DNA of 64,000 nucleotides from Escherichia coli (GTDB lineage Bacteria; Pseudomonadota; Gammaproteobacteria; Enterobacterales; Enterobacteriaceae): NCBI RefSeq assembly GCF_011045215.1, contig NZ_CP049201.1; one strand, 5' to 3'. Shown piece by piece: positions 1 to 8,622 of this stretch (position 1 is its first letter; each line of letters starts with the position of its first letter). The notes under the pieces were generated by a model. It saw only the letters and a program-made list of their open reading frames with translations, ran no database searches and was not told where the DNA came from. The position numbers and the translations under genes were made by a program.

Positions 1-288
1 TGTTCCAGTAAGTTTCTGGCTGAAAACATTCGTACTTCGAGTAAAATTTTACTGAAACATGTGTTTTCAGACAGAAGTTTTTTCTTTATCAGACTTTCAC
101 TCATATATACATATTCAGATATATCGCGCAACTTCCATTGTCGTGATATATCTGACAGTAATATGTTTCGTACTTTTCCTGAAAAAGTTGGGATGCCAGA
201 TGAAAGGAAGTTTATTAAAGCGGGGCGGGTATTAAAAATTGACAATAACGAGAAACAGACAGCTTCTCTGAATTCCGGATGGATATGA
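1..288 (+). other. Partial ORF entering from the left edge (C-terminal fragment, unknown function)
   Basis: Frame 1 is open from nt 1 to the stop at 286-288; no recognisable motif; AT-rich. Confidence 0.2.
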
Positions 289-780
289 TTTTCATAATTT
301 ATATTGTTTATGAGTTCTGACAACACTTCCGGGTAGGCAAAACATTTTTTCAGAAAATGAACAGGCCCGTCGTAGGTTGGTTTTTCCCCTGTATGGCGAT
401 GGTGTATATAATGGTTTACTGTATCTTCATTCAGAGGTACTTCAGTGAATTTATCTGAAAATGTAAGAAAGCTTGTCATCAAAGATGGATTAACAAGAAG
501 AATATCGCCATAATTTAATATTAATACATCATTAAAAAAACGGAAATTAAATGATCTTTTTATCAGTATGAAGGAGCAGATGATAGTCATAATTCTTTGC
601 GCTGTTACAGTTTTTTATTTATGTAAGTATGGATGAAGGGAAAAAAAAGGAAAAATATTTTGTTTTTTTGTGATTGCTGTCACGTAATAAATAAAAAGCA
701 ATTGATTATATTGCTGTATTGTGCTGTAAAGAAGAGTTAAGCTCTGTCTGGTACTGATTTATTCCGGGGGACGGAGGGGC

Positions 781-1569
781 ATGGCAGATGAAGGGATGAA
801 CAGGGACTTTTTGTTTAATTCGTTGACAGCAACAGTCATAAGAGAAAGCAACAATTCACATATGGGGCAGTTTATGAAAACTATCTTCATAGCAGAGCCT
901 GTCGTGACGGCAGGTAACAGTAACAGGCTGATTGCGGTGGAGATTCTGAGCCGATTTTATTCTGTTAACGGAAAACAACTTCCTACCGTGAAAACGCTGA
1001 ATATGTTTACAGCAGAGATGAAAATTGATTTGCTGGAATTACAGATAAGAAAAATAATAAGTAAAGCTTCTTTTTTTAGTAAGCATAATATACTGTGTTC
1101 CCTTAACGTCGATTATGATACATGTCAGTATATATACAGAAATAAAAATATTCAGGATATAATAAAGTCATATGATTTTATTGTTCTTGAAATTTCTGAA
1201 ACATACCCGGTCATAAAGGCTGATGATGCAATAATTCCTTTTCTCATTAATCTGTCAGAACATATCTGGCTGGATGATTTAGGGAGTGGTAACAGTACAA
1301 TACATACGTTGATAAGAAATAAATTCCAGGCAGTGAAACTTGACAAAAATTTTTTTCAAATACATAGTATGAAACCGCATTTTGCTGCATTAATAGACAA
1401 TATAAAAAGATTATGCCCTCTGGTTATTGCCGAGGGTGTTGAAAACAAGAATTATCTGCATGCTGCTTCAGGTGCTGGTTTATGGGGCGTTCAGGGATAT
1501 TATTTTCCATCAGTACCGCTTGAGGATATTCATCAGATAAAGTTGGATTTTTCTGAGAACATCAGCTGA
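781..1569 (+). CDS. EAL-domain protein, putative c-di-GMP phosphodiesterase (stand-alone EAL); true start may be an internal Met near 862-874
   Basis: EAL-family motifs visible in translation: AVEIL, LEISE, DDLGSGNS, KLDK, AEGVEN, GVQGYYF. Confidence 0.65.
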   Translation: MADEGMNRDFLFNSLTATVIRESNNSHMGQFMKTIFIAEPVVTAGNSNRLIAVEILSRFYSVNGKQLPTVKTLNMFTAEMKIDLLELQIRKIISKASFFSKHNILCSLNVDYDTCQYIYRNKNIQDIIKSYDFIVLEISETYPVIKADDAIIPFLINLSEHIWLDDLGSGNSTIHTLIRNKFQAVKLDKNFFQIHSMKPHFAALIDNIKRLCPLVIAEGVENKNYLHAASGAGLWGVQGYYFPSVPLEDIHQIKLDFSENIS

Positions 1570-1803
1570 TGAGTCTGTCATACTTTTTCTTCCCGGGTAT
1601 ATCCGGGCTGTGTTTAAATATAATAGTCATAAGAAAACTGGTTATTATATTTTCAGGTGAATTTGTTTACATGTTCTGATCGGGACTCGCTTTCAGATTG
1701 CAGGGAGTAATAAAAAGTACTATCACTGCGTATTCCGTTCTACTCTATCACGGATTGGCCCAAACTGTGTCGATTCAGATGCCATTTTGCACTATCACTT
1801 ATT

Positions 1804-2538
1804 ATGAGCTGTTTTTGTATTCATTTTAGCAGCCATCTCCATGATGGTATTGACAGTGGCTGTCCCGGTAAGAAATATGATATACACCGACCATTAAATA
1901 TGCTGGCGTTAAGCTGGCATAATACTTCTGGTCGCTATTCACTGGGGGGAAGTTATCAGAAAGATGATTCCGTGCAAATTTTAGGGGAATTAAATAAAAA
2001 ATTTAAGATCCGTGAAAGAGATTCTGCGAAAAGTCAGTTAAAATTTTTCTACGCTGAACTTGAGGGTTTTAATAAAGAAAAAAAGAGAAGGGCTGGGGAA
2101 CCTGATGATACCTATCTCCTTTCCGGACAGATATCATTTAATACACCTGATTTTGGAGCATTTGTCAGTGCGGGATATATTAATCATGCAATATCAGGAA
2201 CAAATGTAGATACCGATCGTTCTTATGTATATTCTCTGAGTATAGATCGTAATAAAGAACAAATGTACTCTTTTTAGACAGGATTTACATATAACATCAC
2301 ACCAGAATTAAGTGCAATGATGACCCATGGTTATGAATCCAGTCGTAAAGATGTAGAAATACAGGGGGCATGTATTTTGGGAGCAATGACTTACAATATC
2401 AATAATGGACCTAATATATTTCTTTCTGCAGACAGATGCAGAGAAAAAAGAGATGGCAGCCGTTTTGGTGATCGTCTTAATTATTGGGATGTTAAATTAA
2501 GTATTAGGTATGATATATATATATATGATTCTCTGTAA
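1804..2538 (+). pseudogene. Beta-barrel-like ORF interrupted by an in-frame TAG (2275-2277); no signal peptide at N-terminus; likely gene remnant
   Basis: ORFs 1804-2277 and 2317-2538 are in the same frame, separated only by the amber codon; alternating hydrophobic pattern. Confidence 0.3.
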
Positions 2539-2901
2539 AGAGGCAGATGCTGAATCCATTCACCCTGTAGTCCATGATTTCGAATCTGGTAGGGTGTATT
2601 TATAACTGACAATATAATGAGGTAGTTCCGGTTTCTCTTGTGTTTATAAATTTCTCATGTCTTTGTTAAGCAACTGTTTGTATTATTCTGATTGACTTAT
2701 TTTCACTGGTGTTAAGACCACAGGTATTGTCAGTATTCGAACAGTATTTCACGAAATTCTTATACAGTATTGCACGGTTTTCCGGACGTTTAAACTTCAA
2801 ATGGTTAAACTGGCTTCACAACAGGAGCTTCTGTTGTCTGTATTGTTCGAAAATACGGGGATACCGTATTTTCTGAGTTATATTATACAATCTTGTTTTA
2901 T

Positions 2902-2939
2902 AAAATACCCCTGTGCGAATGAACACACAGGGGTATTTT
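2902..2939 (-). terminator. Rho-independent terminator hairpin downstream of the autotransporter gene (bidirectional appearance)
   Basis: Perfect inverted repeat AAAATACCCCTGTG / CACAGGGGTATTTT with 10-nt loop, T-runs on both sides. Confidence 0.5.
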
Positions 2940-2996
2940 ATATTTCAGTTTTTCACCATAGAGTATGAACAGATTGCAAATATAATCCCGACAATA

Positions 2997-5549
2997 TCAG
3001 AAAGTATACTTCATACCCAGCATGGCTGAGGTGTCGTTATATCCTTTATCACCAATCTGAACTCCCACATTCCCCCACAAATTCAGGTGGGTATTTATCT
3101 GGCCTTCCACACCAGTCTTGATCTCTCCGATATTACGGGCACCGTCCTGATGTACCATTACACCGTTCATGCGGGTACCAAAATCACGGGTGTTGTGTAA
3201 CCAGTTTACTTCCACAAACGGACTGAATTCACGTGATTTACCGTCATCCATTTTGTTGTGTCCTTTAATCCAGGTTTTCACGCCCAGACGGGTACGGACG
3301 TTATTATCTCCGGTACTTTCAACACGGGTACCATTGTTTTCACTGTGTTCATCAGCTTTTACTCCCATCCATACAATCTGAGCCTGAGGCTGGATATACC
3401 ATTCGTTCAGGCTTCCCTGATTGCCGGAAAATTCACCCGCTTTCCAGGTATAACCTGTTTCCAGAGAGGCGGTAAGTCCTTTTGATTTCCAGGATTCACC
3501 CGGCAGGCCGTCTCCTTTCACATAGTTATTGAACCAGCCGTACTGAGCCCAGGTATCCAGATAAGCTCCGTTATGAGTCTCATCATCAGCATACCAGGTG
3601 GCATACAGACCGGTACTGTAACCATTCACGCTACCTTTTGAACGGTATCCGGTGCGTGCTGCATCTGTACTGCTGTGGTCGTTACCGTAACCGGCCATAA
3701 CGCCCAGATGCCAGCGATCGGTTTTACCCCAACCCCATTGTGCGATATCGCCACCCAGTTGAACCACATAACGATTACTTTGAGTTTTCAGCTGACCAGA
3801 AGCGTCGTGCCAGCGGTTATGTCCTCCTTCATGACGCATCCACATACTGGTATTCTTTTGTTCACCGGTAATCACATCTGTATACTGCATTTGTCCCAGA
3901 CGTTCATGAAGACGGGTCACGAACATGGTGTTTGCAGCAACGAGGTTTGCAGTGTATGTGCCAGCCTCCGGACGCAGGTCATTGTTATGGCTGTCCGGAG
4001 CTGGTTCTGGCGTTGGTTGTGGAGCCGGAGTCGGTGAGTTTTTACCACTGGTCAGATACCAGTTACCACTGTTAACTCCTGTACCACGTCCCAGCGTGTA
4101 GTCATAGGCACCGGCAGCAATACGCCCTGTCTGAGTAAATTCACCATCTGACTGCCCGTCGACGTGAATCAGTTCAATACCATTAAGCGTCTGCGCTCCG
4201 GAACCGCCCGCCTTGTTTACGGTAACAAAGGTTTTACCGCTGGTATTGCCCTGAACAATAAGTTTGTCTGTTGCAGAATCATCGCCTGCCAGTACGGTAT
4301 TAAATTCGATATTCCCGTTATTTCCCTGATAATCTCCGGTTACCGTAACGACATTACCCACATTCTTGGTTGCATCAGGTCCGGAAATAACCAGGTTCCC
4401 GTTATCCAGCAGAAGATTTGTCACAGTGGAATCGCCACCGGATATCCAGGAAGCACCATCAGACAGGAGTATGTTAAGAGTACTTCCTGTAGCAACACTG
4501 GTCGTTCCTGACAGGACTGATTTCTGTGATGCATCAACAGTTATTTCTGCATTGCTACCAATATTGGCCAGTATCCCCATATCTGAACGAGCGGTGGAAT
4601 TTATCATGTCAATCTGACCAACAGAGTCTTTGGCCAGGATAGCTGCAGTATTCCCGTGCAGGGAAGAGGCGCCAAGGGTGGCAATCGCTCCGTTTCGACT
4701 ATTTCCCTGATTAGTAAAGTCCAGGGCTGCATATTGTTTTGAAACCAGGGAACTGTCCTGTAAGTCAAGAATTCCTGTATCAGCCATAACGGCAGCATAG
4801 GAATTGCTTCCCTCTGCAAGCACGGTTAAATTCTGGCCTTTCAGCACTCCGCCGACGACCAAACCATCAGCACGTTCTCCACCTGAGGTGGTTATACTGA
4901 CATTATTAAGATCAATTACTGCGTTATTGGAAATGCTGATTCCCCTGGCGTTATTTCCCGTGGTTTTTATATCAGAATCAGAAACGGAGAGATTGCCCTG
5001 TGATGCATTAATACCATGAGAATTTTTTCCGGATGTAATTATCTGACTATCAGAAATGCCAGTATATTTGGATTGTGTACTTTCTGAGGCAATGGCATAA
5101 CTTTTTTCATTCGTTGTGGTAATTGTGGTTTGCTTTAAATGTATGTCACCACCATTGGCAAAAACGCCATTTGAGTTAATACCATCAACAAGAATTTGCG
5201 TACCGTTAACGTTTACTGTACCACCTGCTTCGGCAGATACGGCACGGGAACTAGCACCATGAACGTCAATTGCTCCGTCATTAATATTTACTACACCACC
5301 ATTGGCAGCATTAGTAGCGGATGAGCGGTTTCCGCTTGTAGTGATTGTATGTCCGTTGGTATAAATTGTTGCATTTTGTCCGTTCGCATAAACAGCATTG
5401 CTGTCATTGTCGCTGTTCAGGACGTCATCGGACATGACAACAGACTGATTTTGATTCGCCGTTACTGAAGTAACCGGAGTAGCGGATACCAGCGGACTGA
5501 ATAACAAAGAACTAATGATAACAGAGAGTTGTGATTTTTTAATATTCAT
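2997..5549 (-). CDS. Type Va autotransporter, AIDA-I-like adhesin family (850 aa)
   Basis: N-terminal signal peptide MNIKKSQLSVIISSLLFSPLVSA; repetitive Gly/Asn/Thr/Ser-rich passenger; Pro-rich linker PTPAPQPTPEPAPD; C-terminal beta-barrel ending MKYTF; no GDSGS protease motif. Confidence 0.85.
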   Translation of the reverse strand: MNIKKSQLSVIISSLLFSPLVSATPVTSVTANQNQSVVMSDDVLNSDNDSNAVYANGQNATIYTNGHTITTSGNRSSATNAANGGVVNINDGAIDVHGASSRAVSAEAGGTVNVNGTQILVDGINSNGVFANGGDIHLKQTTITTTNEKSYAIASESTQSKYTGISDSQIITSGKNSHGINASQGNLSVSDSDIKTTGNNARGISISNNAVIDLNNVSITTSGGERADGLVVGGVLKGQNLTVLAEGSNSYAAVMADTGILDLQDSSLVSKQYAALDFTNQGNSRNGAIATLGASSLHGNTAAILAKDSVGQIDMINSTARSDMGILANIGSNAEITVDASQKSVLSGTTSVATGSTLNILLSDGASWISGGDSTVTNLLLDNGNLVISGPDATKNVGNVVTVTGDYQGNNGNIEFNTVLAGDDSATDKLIVQGNTSGKTFVTVNKAGGSGAQTLNGIELIHVDGQSDGEFTQTGRIAAGAYDYTLGRGTGVNSGNWYLTSGKNSPTPAPQPTPEPAPDSHNNDLRPEAGTYTANLVAANTMFVTRLHERLGQMQYTDVITGEQKNTSMWMRHEGGHNRWHDASGQLKTQSNRYVVQLGGDIAQWGWGKTDRWHLGVMAGYGNDHSSTDAARTGYRSKGSVNGYSTGLYATWYADDETHNGAYLDTWAQYGWFNNYVKGDGLPGESWKSKGLTASLETGYTWKAGEFSGNQGSLNEWYIQPQAQIVWMGVKADEHSENNGTRVESTGDNNVRTRLGVKTWIKGHNKMDDGKSREFSPFVEVNWLHNTRDFGTRMNGVMVHQDGARNIGEIKTGVEGQINTHLNLWGNVGVQIGDKGYNDTSAMLGMKYTF

Positions 5550-6095
5550 ACAAAATACCAGAATAATATATCATTTATCCAACAGGCTGGTTTGTTCCGT
5601 TTCCGGGAAAATTCCAGGGTAATAATGTTTAGCGATGCTTATTTTTGGGGCTATGTGTCGTTCATGAATTGTATTCCTTTTGATTTACAAGGTGTTTTTG
5701 TGATGTTTACACAGTAGTAATATTAACATAAGAGATAATTAGTAAAGGCGCTAGATATTAGCGGGCATATATCAGTATAGTTTAATATTATGTGTATATA
5801 ATATTTTATACTTTCTTGGCAAAAGAGGTCAATGGTGTTTGATTGATAGCTTTTGCTTATCAAAGTTAAGTTATTGAACGCTGGATTTGCTCCTGTATTT
5901 CCAGACATCTGTTATCACTTAACCTGTTACTGGTCTGCCTCGTTGTCGCAGATATTCCATTCCTGTTGTGAGCGATAACCCAGCGTATGATGCGGATGTC
6001 ATTTGTTATAGTGTCCGGGTACCTTCGCAAGGTTCTTTGTAAACGTTAACCTGCCTAGTTTAGGTATGACATATTTTAGATAGATTATCAAAAAT

Positions 6096-6161
6096 GATCA
6101 ATCGATCGCATTTAATAGCTATGGAAAATCAAAGCGGGTGAATTGATCGTTTGTAGCGATC
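6096..6161. promoter_or_regulatory. Cluster of four GATC (Dam) sites in the AT-rich region upstream of the autotransporter
   Basis: GATC at 6096, 6104, 6145, 6158 within 66 bp. Confidence 0.3.
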
Positions 6162-6364
6162 GTTGTCGGTAAACCCGGTTCATGACCCCCCCCAACTGGT
6201 AAAGCTGGAGATAAAGAGAGAAATACAGAAGATTCTTGAAGATGAATCGGTGAAATCTTAATAAAAGATACTGTATTCGCTGAGTTACTATTTAATATTG
6301 TTTAATAAAACAATCCGGCATGAATGAATACACTGTACAGGATGTCATGCCGGGAGTATAAATT

Positions 6365-6703
6365 TTATGACTTTTCCCTGAAAGTTTTTCGGTAAAGTCC
6401 TGGTGAACACTGAAACTTTTTGTGGAATATTCTGGTGAAGGCTTGCTGGGAGTCAAAACCATACATCAGACAGATTTCATAAATTGGCATATCTGTGGTC
6501 AACAGGGCCTGTGTTGCCAGATTTAACCGACGTTCACGTATATAACGCCCCAGACTTATTCCCTGATGACAGGTAAACATTCGCTGAAAATACCATATCG
6601 AATACCCGGCATGTTTTGCCACATCCTGTATATGTAACGGTTTATCAAGGTTATTCTCTATCCACTGAACAACATCATTCACGACTCTGGCAGAAAGACT
6701 CAT
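6365..6703 (-). CDS. MarA/SoxS/RamA-family single-domain AraC-type transcriptional activator (about 112 aa from ATG 6703)
   Basis: Translation aligns by eye with RamA/SoxS/MarA (WIENNL..PL.I.DVA..AGYS.WYFQRMF ... GRYIRERRL ... ICLMYGFDSQQAFTR.F); ORF-track start at 6721 is GTG. Confidence 0.8.
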   Translation of the reverse strand: MSLSARVVNDVVQWIENNLDKPLHIQDVAKHAGYSIWYFQRMFTCHQGISLGRYIRERRLNLATQALLTTDMPIYEICLMYGFDSQQAFTRIFHKKFQCSPGLYRKTFREKS

Positions 6704-7107
6704 TGTCACTACCTCATGCACACCTTAGAACAGAGAAAAGCAGGTTATTCTGTATGATTAAGCTTTTCCTCAGTAAAGCCCCGGCAAACTGTTACAACAT
6801 CCCAACATTTGTAATGCTGGTTACTCTAATCTCAACATATTATAAAATAATGCACTGAAGTGTATCAATATTTCATTTGAACTGGTTACCTGAAACTCCG
6901 GACATAATCTTTTGAAAGAAAAGAGTTTCACATTTGCTGTAATTGTATTTGAGGGTGAAGATTTTTTTGCGGGACTGGTAAATCTTTTTTGAAGAAGAGT
7001 TGATGATGACAGAATAATTTCCCGACACCGCTAAAGAGTTAATGATGGTGTGCACGGGCTGCAGTGATGCAGAGTGTGTGCACCTTTTTTTCTTTACAGG
7101 GGCCTGT

Positions 7108-8622
7108 ATGTCACTGACACCCACCGATGAACAGTCTGCCATTATCCACTGGCAGGGGCAGAAACTGGTTGTGAACGCCTTTGCCGGCACAGGAAAGACC
7201 AGTACCCTGGTTCAGTATGCACTGGCAAACCCCGACAGCAGAATGCTGTATCTGGCTTACAACCGCGCTGTACGTGATGAGGCAGAGCGTAAATTTCCGT
7301 TTAATGTGGAGTGCAAAACCTCCCACCAACTGGCCTGGTCACGCTTCGGCAGACATTACCAGAATCGCCTGGTTGCCAGCCTGCGTATCACGGATGTGGC
7401 CAGAAAGCTGAACACCCGTCACTGGCTGCTGGTTCGTCTTGCACTCAGCAGCCTGAATCAGTTTCTGTGCAGTGCTGACAAGGAGCCGGGGCTGCAGCAT
7501 TTGCCGGATGAGGACGCCCGGGCTGGCACGGATGTCTCCTCCATCCTGCAGGCAGTACAGGTGCTCTGGCATGAGATGAGTCGCCCTGATGGCACATTTC
7601 CCGTCACGCATGATACCTACCTGAAGCTGTTCCAGTTGTCATCCCCGGACCTGTCCTGGCGCTGGGACACCATTCTGTTTGATGAGGCACAGGACGCCAA
7701 TCCGGTGACGTCTGCGCTGGTACTCAGTCAGTCCTGCCGGGTAATCCTGGTGGGTGACCGTTACCAGCAGATTTACCGCTTTCGTGGTGCCGATGATGCG
7801 CTATCTCATCCTGTTCTGAACGATGCAGCCCGTCTTTGGCTGACGCAGAGCTTCCGTTTTGGCCCGTCAGTGGCCCGGATGGCGAATCTGCTTTTGCAGC
7901 GTGCCGGTGAGACACGACAGGTGACCGGCAGTGGCGGGGAAGATGAAGTACTGATGAGCCGTACCGGAGCGGATAAACCGGAAGGACACCGGACGGTACT
8001 GAGCCGGACGGTGGCAGGGGTGATATGCACGGCGCTGATGGCCAGTCTGAGCGGCAGGAAGGTGTACTGGGTGGGCGGTATTGAAGGTTACCGGACTGAG
8101 GCACTGGAGGACCTGTACTGGTTTTCTGCCGATATGCCGGAAAAAATGCAGTCTGATGTTCTGCGGCGGGATTACCGCGATTTTGATGAATACTGCCGGA
8201 TAGCCAAATCCACCCGGGATGTGGAGATGAATCAGGCCATTCGCCTGCTGGATATCTGTTTCCCGTTACCGGTGAAACTGAAACTTCTGCGGGAGCATAC
8301 CGTCACGTGTGAGAAGGATGCGGATATTACCGTGTCAACTGCCCACCGCAGTAAGGGACTGGAATGGCCGGTGGTGATACTGGATGAGGATTTTGCGGAT
8401 ATCACCGACCCGCTGATGCCGGAAGATGAACGGAGGGACGAAACTAACCTGTTGTACGTGGCGGTCACCCGTGCCCGTAAAACCCTGGTGCTGAACAGTC
8501 TGATGCGCCAGCTGGCAGAAGAAGCTGGCAGAGATGAACAAAACCAGAAAGCAGCAGAGGCATCCCCGTCAGAAGACGGGGAAAACGATGCCGTATACGG
8601 GCAGGAGGATGAAAATGCTTAA
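7108..8622 (+). CDS. Compact SF1 UvrD-like DNA helicase (about 504 aa)
   Basis: Motifs: Walker A AFAGTGKTS, DEAQD (motif II), VGDRYQQIYRFRG (III), STAHRSKGLEWP (VI), VAVTRARK; putative RBS AGGGG before ATG 7108. Confidence 0.8.
   Translation: MSLTPTDEQSAIIHWQGQKLVVNAFAGTGKTSTLVQYALANPDSRMLYLAYNRAVRDEAERKFPFNVECKTSHQLAWSRFGRHYQNRLVASLRITDVARKLNTRHWLLVRLALSSLNQFLCSADKEPGLQHLPDEDARAGTDVSSILQAVQVLWHEMSRPDGTFPVTHDTYLKLFQLSSPDLSWRWDTILFDEAQDANPVTSALVLSQSCRVILVGDRYQQIYRFRGADDALSHPVLNDAARLWLTQSFRFGPSVARMANLLLQRAGETRQVTGSGGEDEVLMSRTGADKPEGHRTVLSRTVAGVICTALMASLSGRKVYWVGGIEGYRTEALEDLYWFSADMPEKMQSDVLRRDYRDFDEYCRIAKSTRDVEMNQAIRLLDICFPLPVKLKLLREHTVTCEKDADITVSTAHRSKGLEWPVVILDEDFADITDPLMPEDERRDETNLLYVAVTRARKTLVLNSLMRQLAEEAGRDEQNQKAAEASPSEDGENDAVYGQEDENA

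Noticed and set aside
5723-5908. 61-aa minus-strand ORF in the autotransporter upstream region
   Set aside because: Lies in AT-rich promoter DNA, no RBS or motif; more likely regulatory sequence than a gene
6873-7190. 105-aa minus-strand ORF between the MarA-like gene and the helicase
   Set aside because: Low-complexity translation overlapping the helicase start region; no RBS or motif support
7042-8622. N-terminally extended versions of ORFs in the track (helicase from 7042, dsbD to 13995, aspA to 17244, yjeH to 19344, queG to 42259, rnr from 54697, and others)
   Set aside because: The track accepts ATG, GTG and TTG starts; internal starts reproduce the known K-12 protein N-termini or have better RBS placement
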